This document shows, one piece after another, positions 36,964 to 51,298 of a DNA stretch of 64,000 bases; positions within the stretch are counted from its first letter, which is position 1; the number at the start of each line of letters is the position of its first letter. A model generated the notes under the pieces. It made no database searches and was not told the origin of the DNA. It saw nothing but the letters and a program-made list of their open reading frames with translations. The position numbers were made by a program, and so were the translations under genes. Source of the DNA: Eledone cirrhosa (taxonomy: Eukaryota); NCBI GenBank assembly GCA_964016885.1, contig OZ024758.1, positions 31,744,001 to 31,808,000 on the forward strand, written 5' to 3'.

Positions 36964-37101
36964 GGAATTAAATACGTAAAATAATCTTAATTCAATATAT
37001 TGTGTCGTCATAACCATTTATTATATGCTAATTATCAATCCTGTAAATGTTGTACATGTGAGTGTGTATGTATATAACGTGCTGAATTGTCACTTCATCA
37101 T
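36964..37101 (+). promoter_or_regulatory. Second, diverged U6-type promoter paralog (P2), repeated in each + strand unit
   Basis: About 80% identity (74/93 ungapped, hand alignment) to the U6 promoter; shares TATGCTAATTA and GTATGTATATAA (TATA at 37071). Confidence 0.7.
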
Positions 37102-38231
37102 ATACCTAATAAGAAGAAGCAATGTAAAAACAGTAATGGTCTGGTTTCTATGTTGGTATTAACAACCATATCTCCGTTTAATATCTATCTGATATATTTA
37201 GAATACAATACATCGTATAATGTAGTCTCAGATATATTATGACAGAAGTGAAGATAAGATGTTTTTATAGTTTGAATTCCTTTCAAACTGGATCAGCTCT
37301 CTCACGACAGAGAGGGAGATAACAACAACGACTACAGACAGATAAGATTTACTTTCTTCTAATATCGTTTCAATATTCTATAAAGGTATTCTCTCCATTT
37401 AGTGTAAGTGTATTTCAAATTGCTTAAACTCCTAAAACTTACGAAGATCAGAAACGGTAATTCTAATTAACCAGATTTTAGTGCTACCTCCCTCACCAAA
37501 TTTGTTTCGTCCTCATTTTCTCAATAATACATGTTTTTTACCTGAAATCTTTCAGAGTCACAATTTCTAACATATAGATTACGATTTGTTAGATAGAATT
37601 CCTTTAAAAACTATTTATTTATTGTATTTATTAATTTGTTTTGTTTTTTAAATATAAAAATATTGTGTTTGTATATAAAATCTGTCACATCACCATTACC
37701 TGATAGTGTTTCGACATTTTATCAAAGTATTTGCTCCTTTCACTTGAATTATATATCATATTGCTACCAGATCTTAAATTTACAACAGACTGAGAAAGAT
37801 GATATATATAATTACAGTTATGCACAAATGTTATCTGTACATTGGAAATGGTGCATCTGTAAATTCCATGACAAAATATATTCATTATAGAGAAAATAAA
37901 GAGGAAGTTAAATTTGGAGGGATGGCATTAAAGTGTAGTTTTGCAGAAAATCCAATTCTAATCTGTATAATTTGTAGGAGTTTAAGAATATGATGTATTT
38001 ATAGTTTAAATGAAGGGGCCAAAGAATAACTTGGTTAAACAACTTCAGAGCAGGAAACATTGATAATTTGTAGTAATTGTTGTTATCTCCCTTTCTTCCT
38101 TGGTAGAACAGACCCATGTTGAAAGTCATAACAACATCCAATTTCCAATTCTGTCATATTGTACCCGAGACCACATTATACAATGTCTTCTTTTCTAAAG
38201 ACAATAAATATGTAAATACAAATACCATATC

Positions 38232-38370
38232 GGTATTAATTACGTGACACAATCATCAGTTTATTTATTGTGACGTAATAAACTTTTATCATATGCTAAT
38301 TAGCTATCCTGGAAATTTTGTACAAAGGGCTTAGAGTATGTATATAAAGTGTTGTTTACCAGAAGCCATT
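38232..38370 (+). promoter_or_regulatory. U6 type-3 Pol III promoter (representative copy, P1)
   Basis: TATATAAA at -30 (38341); upstream block at the expected PSE position; octamer-like ATGCTAAT and CRE-like TGACGTAA. Confidence 0.85.
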
Positions 38371-38394
38371 GTACTCGCTACGGCAGTACATATT

Positions 38395-38427
<33 letters not shown>

Positions 38428-38479
38428 GGCCCCTGCGCAAGGATGACACGCAAATTCGTGAAGCGTTCCATATTTTTTT
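38371..38479 (+). ncRNA. RNU6: U6 snRNA (C6 allele)
   Basis: Full U6 sequence with T7. Confidence 0.98.
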
Positions 38480-40197
38480 AATTTCATTTAATATTTATAA
38501 CATTATATTCGTAGGATAGTATTAAATGAATACGTTTACATTTCATTGAATAACATGTAATCATCTTTACAGTTGAGGGTCACATCACCCCTCTGATTAT
38601 GTCTCATATATAATATTGTTAATAATCTATAATTTTAATGACATTTTACACCAATACCTTTTCCATGATATACATTACGATTGGGTTGATAAAGGTTTTC
38701 CTTTTTCTTCAGTTAATTCACGCATTTTTAATACTTTCATTATTCTACATATTTATGAACGTTAACCCTCATTTCCTCCAACTAAGTCTAGGAATTAAAT
38801 ACGTAACATAATCTTAATTCAATATATTGTGTCGTCATAACCATTTATTATATGCTAATTATCAATCCTGTAAATGTTGTACATGTGAGTGTGTATGTAT
38901 ATAACGTGCTGAATTGTCACTTCATCATATACCTAATAAGAAGAAGCAATGTAAAAACAGTAATGGTCTGGTTTCTATGTTGGTATTAACAACCATATCT
39001 CCGTTTAATATCTATCTGATATATTTAGAATACAATACATCGTATAATGTAGTCTCAGATATATTATGACAGAAGTGAAGATAAGATGTTTTTATAGTTT
39101 GAATTCCTTTCAAACTGGATCAGCTCTCTCACGACAGAGAGGGAGATAACAACAACGACTACAGACAGATAAGATTTACTTTCTTCTAATATCGTTTCAA
39201 TATTCTATAAAGGTATTCTCTCCATTTAGTGTAAGTGTATTTCAAATTGCTTAAACTCCTAAAACTTACGAAGATCAGAAACGGTAATTTTAATTAACCA
39301 GATTTTAGTGCTACCTCCCTCACCAAATTTGTTTCGTCCTCATTTTCTCAATAATACATGTTTTTTACCTGAAATCTTTCAGAGTCACAATTTCTAACAT
39401 ATAGATTACGATTTGTTAGATAGAATTCCTTTAAAAACTATTTATTTATTGTATTTATTAATTTGTTTTGTTTTTTAAATATAAAAATATTGTGTTTGTA
39501 TATAAAATCTGTCACATCACCATTACCTGATAGTGTTTCGACATTTTATCAAAGTATTTGCTCCTTTCACTTGAATTATATATCATATTGCTACCAGATC
39601 TTAAATTTACAACAGACTGAGAAAGATGATATATATAATTACAGTTATGCACAAATGTTATCTGTACATTGGAAATGGTGCATCTGTAAATTCCATGACA
39701 AAATATATTCATTATAGAGAAAATAAAGAGGAAGTTAAATTTGGAGGGATGGCATTAAAGTGTAGTTTTGCAGAAAATCCAATTCTAATCTGTATAATTT
39801 GTAGGAGTTTAAGAATATGATGTATTTATAGTTTAAATGAAGGGGCCAAAGAATAACTTGGTTAAACAACTTCAGAGCAGGAAACATTGATAATTTGTAG
39901 TAATTGTTGTTATCTCCCTTTCTTCCTTGGTAGAACAGACCCATGTTGAAAGTCATAACAACATCCAATTTCCAATTCTGTCATATTGTACCCGAGACCA
40001 CATTATACAATGTCTTCTTTTCTAAAGACAATAAATATGTAAATACAAATACCATATCGGTATTAATTACGTGACACAATCATCAGTTTATTTATTGTGA
40101 CGTAATAAACTTTTATCATATGCTAATTAGCTATCCTGGAAATTTTGTACAAAGGGCTTAGAGTATGTATATAAAGTGTTGTTTACCAGAAGCCATT

Positions 40198-40221
40198 GTA
40201 CTCGCTACGGCAGTACATATT

Positions 40222-40254
<33 letters not shown>

Positions 40255-40306
40255 GGCCCCTGCGCAAGGATGACACGCAAATTCGTGAAGCGTTCCATAT
40301 TTTTTT
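40198..40306 (+). ncRNA. RNU6: U6 snRNA (C6 allele)
   Basis: Full U6 sequence with T7. Confidence 0.98.
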
Positions 40307-42024
40307 AATTTCATTTAATATTTATAACATTATATTCGTAGGATAGTATTAAATGAATACGTTTACATTTCATTGAATAACATGTAATCATCTTTACAGT
40401 TGAGGGTCACATCACCCCTCTGATTAAGTCTCATATATAATATTGTTAATAATCTATAATTTTAATGACATTTTACACCAATACCTTTTCCATGATATAC
40501 ATTACGATTGGGTTGATAAAGGTTTTCCTTTTTCTTCAGTTAATTCACGCATTTTTAATACTTTCATTATTCTACATATTTATGAACGTTAACCCTCATT
40601 TCCTCCAACTAAGTCTAGGAATTAAATACGTAACATAATCTTAATTCAATATATTGTGTCGTCATAACCATTTATTATATGCTAATTATCAATCCTGTAA
40701 ATGTTGTACATGTGAGTGTGTATGTATATAACGTGCTGAATTGTCACTTCATCATATACCTAATAAGAAGAAGCAATGTAAAAACAGTAATGGTCTGGTT
40801 TCTATGTTGGTATTAACAACCATATCTCCGTTTAATATCTATCTGATATATTTAGAATACAATACATCGTATAATGTAGTCTCAGATATATTATGACAGA
40901 AGTGAAGATAAGATGTTTTTATAGTTTGAATTCCTTTCAAACTGGATCAGCTCTCTCACGACAGAGAGGGAGATAACAACAACGACTACAGACAGATAAG
41001 ATTTACTTTCTTCTAATATCGTTTCAATATTCTATAAAGGTATTCTCTCCATTTAGTGTAAGTGTATTTCAAATTGCTTAAACTCCTAAAACTTACGAAG
41101 ATCAGAAACGGTAATTCTAATTAACCAGATTTTAGTGCTACCTCCCTCACCAAATTTGTTTCGTCCTCATTTTCTCAATAATACATGTTTTTTACCTGAA
41201 ATCTTTCAGAGTCACAATTTCTAACATATAGATTACGATTTGTTAGATAGAATTCCTTTAAAAACTATTTATTTATTGTATTTATTAATTTGTTTTGTTT
41301 TTTAAATATAAAAATATTGTGTTTGTATATAAAATCTGTCACATCACCATTACCTGATAGTGTTTCGACATTTTATCAAAGTATTTGCTCCTTTCACTTG
41401 AATTATATATCATATTGCTACCAGATCTTAAATTTACAACAGACTGAGAAAGATGATATATATAATTACAGTTATGCACAAATGTTATCTGTACATTGGA
41501 AATGGTGCATCTGTAAATTCCATGACAAAATATATTCATTATAGAGAAAATAAAGAGGAAGTTAAATTTGGAGGGATGGCATTAAAGTGTAGTTTTGCAG
41601 AAAATCCAATTCTAATCTGTATAATTTGTAGGAGTTTAAGAATATGATGTATTTATAGTTTAAATGAAGGGGCCAAAGAATAACTTGGTTAAACAACTTC
41701 AGAGCAGGAAACATTGATAATTTGTAGTAATTGTTGTTATCTCCCTTTCTTCCTTGGTAGAACAGACCCATGTTGAAAGTCATAACAACATCCAATTTCC
41801 AATTCTGTCATATTGTACCCGAGACTACATTATACAATGTATTCTTTTCTAAAGACAATAAATATGTAAATACAAATACCATATCGGTATTAATTACGTG
41901 ACACAATCATCAGTTTATTTATTGTGACGTAATAAACTTTTATCATATGCTAATTAGCTATCCTGGAAATTTTGTACAAAGGGCTTAGAGTATGTATATA
42001 AAGTGTTGTTTACCAGAAGCCATT

Positions 42025-42048
42025 GTACTCGCTACGGCAGTACATATT

Positions 42049-42081
<33 letters not shown>

Positions 42082-42133
42082 GGCCCCTGCGCAAGGATGA
42101 CACGCAAATTCGTGAAGCGTTCCATATTTTTTT
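42025..42133 (+). ncRNA. RNU6: U6 snRNA (C6 allele)
   Basis: Full U6 sequence with T7. Confidence 0.98.
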
Positions 42134-43793
42134 AATTTCATTTAATATTTATAACATTATATTCGTAAGATACACATCACCCCATCTGATTATGTCTCAT
42201 ATATAATATTGTTAATAATCTATAATTTTAATGACATTTTACACCAATACCTTTTCCATGATATACATTACGATTGGGTTGATAAAGGTTTTCTTTTTTC
42301 TTCAGTTATTTCACGTATTTTTAATACTTTCATTATTCTATATTTTTGTGAACGTTAACTCTCATTTCCTCCAACTACATCTAGGAATTAAATACGTAAC
42401 ATAATCTTAATTCAATATATTGTGTCGTCATAACCATTTATTATATGCTAATTATCAATCCTGTAAATGTTGTACATGTGAGTGTGTATGTATATAACGT
42501 GCTGAATTGTCACTTCATCATATACCTAATAAGAAGAAGCAATGTAAAAACAGTAATGGTCTGGTTTCTATGTTGGTATTAACAACCATATCTCCGTTTA
42601 ATATCTATCTGATATATTTAGAATACAATACATCGTATAATGTAGTCTCAGATATATTATGACAGAAGTGAAGATAAGATGTTTTTATAGTTTGAATTCC
42701 TTTCAAACTGGATCAGCTCTCTCACGACAGAGAGGGAGATAACAACAACGACTACAGACAGATAAGATTTACTTTCTTCTAATATCGTTTCAATATTCTA
42801 TAAAGGTATTCTCTCCATTTATTGTAAGTGTATTTCAAATTGCTTAAACTCCTAAAACTTACGAAGATCAGAAACGGTAATTCTAATTAACCAGATTTTA
42901 GTGCTACCTCCCTCACCAAATTTGTTTCGTCCTCATTTTCTCAATAATACATGTTTTTTACCTGAAATCTTTCAGAGTCACAGTTTCGAACATATAGATT
43001 ACGATTTGTTAGATAGATTTCCTTTCAAAACTATTTATTTATTGTATTTATTAATTTGTTTTCTATTTTTTAAATATAAAAATATTGTGTTTGTATATAA
43101 AATCTATCACATCACTATTACCTGATAGAGTTTCGACATTTTCTCAAACTATTTGCTCCTTTCACTTGAATTATATATCATATTGCTACCAGATCTTAAA
43201 TTTACAACAGACAGAGAAAGATGATATATATAATTACAGTTATGCACAAATGTTATCTGTACTTTGGAAATGGTGCATCTGTAAATTCCATGACAAAATA
43301 TATTCATTATAGAGAAAATAAAGAGGAAGTTAAGTTTGGAGGGATGGCATTAAAGTGTAGTTTTGCAGAAAATCCAATTCTAGTCTGTATAAGTTGTAGG
43401 AGTTTAAGGAATATGATGTATTTACTGTTTAAATGAAGGGGACAAAGAATAACTTGGTTAAACAACTTCAGAGCAGGGAAACATTGATAATTTGTAGTAA
43501 TTGTTGTAATCTCCCTTTCTTCCTTGATAGAACAGACCCATGTTGAAAGTCATAACAACATCCAATTTCCAATTCTGTCACATTGTACCCGAGACTACAT
43601 TATACAATGTCTTCTTTTCTAAAGACAATAAATATGTTAATACAAATACCATATCGCTATTAATTACGTGACACAATCATCAGTTTATTTATTGTGACGT
43701 AATAAACTTTTATCATATGCTAATTAGCTACCTGGAAATGTTGTACAAAAGGGTTAGAGTATGTATATAAAGTGTTGTTTACCAGAAGCCATT

Positions 43794-43817
43794 GTACTAG
43801 CTACGGCAGTACATATT

Positions 43818-43850
<33 letters not shown>

Positions 43851-43902
43851 GGCCCCTGCGCAAGGATGACACGCAAATTCGTGAAGCGTTCCATATTTTT
43901 TT
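43794..43902 (+). ncRNA. RNU6: U6 snRNA (A6 allele)
   Basis: Full U6 sequence with T7. Confidence 0.98.
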
Positions 43903-45560
43903 AATTTCATTTAATATTTATAACATTATATTCGTAAGATACACATCACCCCATCTGATAATGTCCCATATATAATCTTGTTAATAATCTATAATTTTAA
44001 TGACATTTTACACCAATACCTTTTCCATGATATACATTACGATTTGGTTGCTAAAAGGTTTTCTTTTTTCTTCAGCTAATTCACGTATTTTTAATACTTT
44101 CATTATTCTATATATCTATGAACGTTAACTCTCACTTCCTCCAAATACGTCTAGGAATTAAATACGTAACATAATCTTAATTCAATATATTGTGTCGTCA
44201 TAACCATTTATTATATGCTAATTATCAATCCTGTAAATGTTGTACATGTGAGTGTGTATGTATATAACGTGCTGAATTGTCACTTCATCATATACCTAAT
44301 AAGAAGAAGCAATATAAAAACAGTAATGGTCTGGTTTCTATGTTGGTATTAACAACCATATCTCCGTTTAATATCTATCTGATATATTTAGAATACAATA
44401 CATCGTATAATGTAGTCTCAGATATATTATGACAGAAGTGAAGATAAGATGTTTTTATAGTTTGAATTCCTTTCAAACTGGATCAGCTCTCTCACGACAG
44501 AGAGGGAGATAACAACAACGACTACAGACAGATAAGATTTACTTTCTTCTAATATCGTTTCAATATTCTATAAAGGTATTCTCTCCATTTATTGTAAGTG
44601 TATTTCAAATTGCTTAAACTCCTAAAACTTACGAAGATCAGAAACGGTAATTCTAATTAACCAGATTTTAGTGCTACCTCCCTCACCAAATTTGTTTCGT
44701 CCTCATTTTCTCAATAATACATGTTTTTTACCTGAAATCTTTCAGAGTCACAATTTCGAACATATAGATTACGATTTGTTCGATAGAATTCCTTTAAAAA
44801 CTATTTATTTATTGTATTTATTAATTTGTTTTGTTTTTTAAATATAAAAATATTGTGTTTGTATATAAAATCTGTGACATCACCATTACCTGATAGTGTT
44901 TCGACATTTTATCAAAGTATTTGCTCCTTTCACTTGAATTATATATCATATTGCTACCAGATCTTAAATTTACAACAGACAGAGAAAGATGATATATATA
45001 ATTACAGTTATGCACAAATGTTATCTGTACTTTGGAAATGGTGCATCTGTAAATTCCATGACAAAATATATTCATTATAGAGAAAATAAAGAGGAAGTTA
45101 AATTTGGAGGGATGGCATTAAAGTGTAGTTTTGCAGAAAATCCAATTCTAATCTGTATAATTTGTAGGAGTTTAAGAATATGATGTATTTATAGTTTAAA
45201 TGAAGGGGCCAAAGAATAACTTGGTTAAACAACTTCAGAGCAGGAAACATTGATAATTTGTAGTAATTGTTGTTATCTCCCTTTCTTCCTTGGTAGAACA
45301 GACCCATGTTGAAAGTCATAACAACATCCAATTTCCAATTCTGTCATATTGTACCCGAGACTACATTATACAATGTCTTCTTTTCTAAAGACAATAAATA
45401 TGTAAATACAAATACCATATCGGTATTAATTACGTGACACAATCATCAGTTTATTTATTGTGACGTAATAAACTTTTATCATATGCTAATTAGCTATCCT
45501 GGAAATTTTGTACAAAGGGCTTAGAGTATGTATATAAAGTGTTGTTTACCAGAAGCCATT

Positions 45561-45584
45561 GTACTAGCTACGGCAGTACATATT

Positions 45585-45617
<33 letters not shown>

Positions 45618-45669
45618 GGCCCCTGCGCAAGGATGACACGCAAATTCGTGAAGCGTTCCATATTTTTTT
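45561..45669 (+). ncRNA. RNU6: U6 snRNA (A6 allele)
   Basis: Full U6 sequence with T7. Confidence 0.98.
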
Positions 45670-47391
45670 AATTTCATTTAATATTTATAACATTATATTC
45701 GTAGGATAGTATTAAATGAATACGTTTACATTTCATTGAATAACATGTAATCATCTTTACAGTTGAGGGTCACATCACCCCTCTGATTATGTCTCATATA
45801 TAATATTGTTAATAATCTATAATTTTAATGACATTTTACACCAATACCTTTTCCATGATATACATTACGATTGGGTTGATAAAGGTTTTCCTTTTTCTTC
45901 AGTTAATTCACGCATTTTTAATACTTTCATTATTCTACATATTTATGAACGTTAACCCTCATTTCCTCCAACTAAGTCTAGGAATTAAATACGTAACATA
46001 ATCTTAATTCAATATATTGTGTCGTCATAACCATTTATTATATGCTAATTATCAATCCTGTAAATGTTGTACATGTGAGTGTGTATGTATATAACGTGCT
46101 GAATTGTCACTTCATCATATACCTAATAAGAAGAAGCAATGTAAAAACAGTAATGGTCTGGTTTCTATGTTGGTATTAACAACCATATCTCCGTTTAATA
46201 TCTATCTGATATATTTAGAATACAATACATCGTATAATGTAGTCTCAGATATATTATGACAGAAGTGAAGATAAGATGTTTTTATAGTTTGAATTCCTTT
46301 CAAACTGGATCAGCTCTCTCACGACAGAGAGGGAGATAACAACAACGACTACAGACAGATAAGATTTACTTTCTTCTAATATCGTTTCAATATTCTATAA
46401 AGGTATTCTCTCCATTTATTATTGTAAGTGTATTTCAAATTGCTTAAACTCCTAAAACTTACGAAGATCAGAAACGGTAATTCTAATTAACCAGATTTTA
46501 GTGCTGCCTCCCTCACCAAATTTGTTTCGTCCTCATTTTCTCAATAATACATTTTTTTTACCTGAAATCTTTCAGAGTCACAATTTCGAACATATAGATT
46601 ACGATTTGTTAGATAGAATTCCTTTAAAAACTATTTATTTATTGTATTTATTAATTTGTTTTGTTTTTTAAATATAAAAATATTGTGTTTGTATATAAAA
46701 TCTGTCACATCACCATTACCTGATAGTGTTTCGACATTTTATCAAAGTATTTGCTCCTTTCACTTGAATTATATATCATATTGCTACCAGATCTTAAATT
46801 TACAACAGACAGAGAAAGATGATATATATAATTACAGTTATGCACAAATGTTATCTGTACATTGGAAATGATGCATCTGTAAATTCCATGACAAAATATA
46901 TTCATTATAGAGAAAATAAAGAGGAAGTTAAATTTGGAGGGATGGCATTAAAGTGTAGTTTTGCAGAAAATCCAATTCTAATCTGTATAATTTGTAGGAG
47001 TTTAAGGAATATGATGTATTTATAGTTTAAATGAAGGGGGCAAAGAATAACTTGGTTAAACAACTTCAGAGCAGGAAACATTGATAATTTGTAGTAATTG
47101 TTGTTATCTCCCTTTCTTCCTTGGTAGAACAGACCCATGTTGAAAGTCATAACAACATCCAATTTCCAATTCTGTCATATTGTACCCGAGACTACATTAT
47201 ACAATGTCTTCTTTTCTAAAGACAATAAATATGTAAATACAAATACCATATCGGTATTAATTACGTGACACAATCATCAGTTTATTTATTGTGACGTAAT
47301 AAACTTTTATCATATGCTAATTAGCTATCCTGGAAATTTTGTACAAAGGGCTTAGAGTATGTATATAAAGTGTTGTTTACCAGAAGCCATT

Positions 47392-47415
47392 GTACTAGCT
47401 ACGGCAGTACATATT

Positions 47416-47448
<33 letters not shown>

Positions 47449-47500
47449 GGCCCCTGCGCAAGGATGACACGCAAATTCGTGAAGCGTTCCATATTTTTTT
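47392..47500 (+). ncRNA. RNU6: U6 snRNA (A6 allele)
   Basis: Full U6 sequence with T7. Confidence 0.98.
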
Positions 47501-49149
47501 AATTTCATTTAATATTTATAACATTATATTCGTAAGATACACATCACCCCATCTGATTATGTCTCATATATAATATTGTTAATAATCTATAATTTTAATG
47601 ACATTTTACACCAATACCTTTTCCATGATATACATTACGATTGGGTTGATAAAGGTTTTCTTTTTTCTTCAGTTAATTCACGTATTTTTAATACTTTCAT
47701 TATTCTATATTTTTGTGAACGGTAACTCTCATTTCCTCCAACTACATCTAGGAATTAAATACGTAACATAATCTTAATTCAATATATTGTGTCGTCATAA
47801 CCATTTATTATATTCTAATTATCAATCCTGTAAATGTTGTACATGTGAGTGTGTATGTATATAACGTGCTGAATTGTCACTTCATCATATACCTAATAAG
47901 AAGAAGCAATGTAAAAACAGTAATGGTCTGGTTTCTATGTTGGTATTAACAACCATATCTCCGTTTAATATCTATCTGATATATTTAGAATACAATACAT
48001 CGTATAATGTAGTCTCAGATATATTATGACAGAAGTGAAGATAAGATGTTTTTATAGTTTGAATTCCTTTCAAACTGGATCAGCTCTCTCACGACAGAGA
48101 GGGAGATAACAACAACGACTACAGACAGATAAGATTTACTTTCTTCTAATATCGTTTCAATATTCTATAAAGGTATTCTCTCCATTTATTGTAAGGGTAT
48201 TTCATATTGCTTAAACTCCGAAAACTTACGAAGATCAGAAACGGTATTTATGATTCACCAGATTTTAGTTAGTGCTACCTCCCTCACCAAATTTGTTTCG
48301 TCCTCATTTTCTCAATAATACATGTTTTTTACCTGAAATCTTTCAGAGACACAATTTCGAACATATAGATTACGATTTGTTAGATAGAATTCCTTTAAAA
48401 ACTATTTATTTATTGTATTTATTAATTTGTTTTGTTTTTTAAATATAAAAATATTGTGTTTGTATATAAATCTGTGACATCACCATTACCTGATAGTGTT
48501 TCGACATTTTCTCAAAGTGTTTGCTCCTTTCACTTGAATTATATATCATATTGCTACCAGATCTTAAATTTACAACAGACAGAGAATGATGATATATATA
48601 ATTACAGTTATGCACAAATGTTATCTGTACTTTGGAAATGGTGCATCTGTAAATTCCATGACAAAATATATTCATTATAGAGAAAATAAAGAGGAAGTTA
48701 AATTTGGAGGGATGGCATTAAAGTGTAGTTTTGCAGAAAATCCAATTCTAGTCTGTATAAGTTGTAGTAGTTTAAGGAATATGATGTATTTACTGTTTAA
48801 ATGAAGGGGGCAAAGAATAACTTGGTTAAACAACTTCAGAGCAGGGAAACATTGATAATTTGTAGTAATTGTTGTTATCTCCCTTTCTTCCTTGATAGCA
48901 CAGACCCATGTTGAAAGTCATAACAACATCCAATTTCCAATTCTGTCATATTGTACCCGAGACTACATTATACAATGTCTTCTTTTCTAAAGACAATAAA
49001 TATGTAAATACAAATGCCATATCGCTATTAATTACGTGACACAATCATCAGTTTATATATTGTGACGTAATAAACTTTTATCATATGCTAATTAGCTATC
49101 CTAGAAATTTTGTACAAAGGGGTTAGAGTATTTATATAAAATGTTGTTT

Positions 49150-49326
49150 CTACTTTAGACACAAGGCCAGCAATTATCCAGTACATTACTGGTACTTTAT
49201 TTTATCGACCTCGTAAGGATGAAAGGCAAAGTCAACCTCGGCGGGATTTGAACTCAGATCGTAAAGGGACGTAACTATGCTGGAAAGCATGGCGTCCGAC
49301 CCTCTACCGATACTGCCAATCCACCG
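49150..49326 (-). mobile_element. Family B SINE inserted at the U6 TATA box, 15-bp TSD
   Basis: TATAAAATGTTGTTT at 49135-49149 and 49327-49341. Confidence 0.95.
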
Positions 49327-49354
49327 TATAAAATGTTGTTTACCAGAAGCTATT

Positions 49355-49378
49355 GTACTCGCTACGGCAGTACATATT

Positions 49379-49411
<33 letters not shown>

Positions 49412-49463
49412 GGCCCCTGCGCAAGGATGACACGCAAATTCGTGAAGCGTTCCATATTTTTTT
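49355..49463 (+). ncRNA. RNU6: U6 snRNA (C6 allele; promoter interrupted by a SINE)
   Basis: Full U6 sequence with T7. Confidence 0.92.
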
Positions 49464-51189
49464 AATTTCATGTAATATTTATAACATTATATTCGTAAGA
49501 TACTATTAAATTAATACGTTTACAATTCATTGAATAACATGTAATCATTTTTACAGTTGAGGGTCACATCACCCCATCTGATTATGTCTCATATATAATA
49601 TTGTTAATAATCTATAATTTTAATGACATTTTACACCAATACCTTTTCCATGATATACATTACAATTAGGTTGATAAAGGTTTTATTTTTTCTTCAGTTA
49701 ATTCACGTATTTTTAATACTTTCATTATTCTATATATTTATGAACGTTAAATCTCATTTCCTCCAACTACGTCTAGGAATTAAATACCTAACATAATCTT
49801 AATTCAATATATTGTGTCGTCATAACCATTTATCATATGTTAATTATCAATCCTGTAAATGTTGTACATGTGAGTGTATATGTATATAACGTGCTGAATT
49901 GTCACTTCATCATATGCCTAATAAGAAGAAGCAATGTAAAAACAGTAATGGTTTGGTTTCTGTATTGGTATTAACAACCATATCTCCGTTTAATGTCTAT
50001 CTGATATCTTTAGAATACAATACATCGTATAATGTAGTCTCAGATATATTATGACAGAAGTGAAGATAAGATGTTTTTATAGTTTGAATTCCTTTCAAAC
50101 TGGATCAGCTCTGTCACGACAGAGAGGGAGATAACAACAACGACTACAGACAGATAAGATTTACTTTCTTCTAATATCGTTTCAATATTCTATAAAGGTA
50201 TTCTCTCCATTTATTGTACGTGTATTTCATATTGCTTAAACTCCGAAAACTTACGAAGATCAGAAACGGTAATTCTAATTAATCAGATTTTAGTTAGTGC
50301 TACCTCCCTCACCAAATTTGTTTCGTCCTCATTTTCTCAATAATACATGTTTTTTACCTGAAATCTTTCAGAGACACAGTTTCGAACATATAGATTACGA
50401 TTTGTTCGATAGATTTCCTTTAAAAACTATTTATTTATCGTATTTATTAATTTGTTTTCTGTTTTTTAAATATAAAAATATTGTGTTTGTATATAAAATC
50501 TGTGACATCACCATTACCTGATAGTGTTTAGACATTTTCTCAAAGTATTTGCTCCATTCACTTGAATTATATATCATATTGCTACCAGATCTTAAATTTA
50601 CAACAGACAGAGAAAGATGATATATATAATTACAGTAATGCACAAATGTTATTTTTATTTTAGAAATGGTGCATCTGTAAATTCTATGACAAAATATATT
50701 CATTATAGAGAAAATAAAGAGGAAGTTAAATTTGGAGGGATGACATTAAAGTGTAGTTTTGCAGAAAATCCAATTCTAATCTGTATAAGTTGTAGGAGTT
50801 TAAGGAATATGATGTATTTATAGTTTAAATGAAGGGGGCAAAGAATAACTTGGTTAAACAACTTCAGAGCAGGAAACATTGATAATTTGTAGTAATTGTT
50901 GTTATCTCCTTTTCTTCCTTGGTAGAACAGACCCATGTTGAAAGTCATAACAACATCCAATTTCCAATTCTGTCATATTGTACCCGAGACTACATTATAC
51001 AATGTCTTCTTTTCTAAAGACAATAAATATGTAAATACAAATGCCATATCACTATTAATTACGTGACACAATCATCAGTTTATTTATTGTGACGTAATAA
51101 ACATTTATCATATGCTAATTAGCTATCCTAGAAATTTTGTACAAAGGGGTTAGAATATGTATATAAAGTGTTGTTTACCAGAAGCCATT

Positions 51190-51213
51190 GTACTAGCTAC
51201 GGCAGTACATATT

Positions 51214-51246
<33 letters not shown>

Positions 51247-51298
51247 GGCCCCTGCGCAAGGATGACACGCAAATTCGTGAAGCGTTCCATATATTTTT
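51190..51298 (+). ncRNA. RNU6: U6 snRNA (A6 allele; 3' end CCATATATTTTT)
   Basis: Full U6; T-to-A change in the terminator run leaves T5. Confidence 0.95.

Noticed and set aside
37102-37266. Identification of the P2-downstream sequence as U1, U2 or U5 snRNA
   Set aside because: Only short chance-level matches (ATAC start, TCTGGTTTCT, GTTTAATATCT); no U1 5' splice-site pairing sequence, no U2 branch-pairing GTAGTA context, no U5 loop 1 and no clear Sm site
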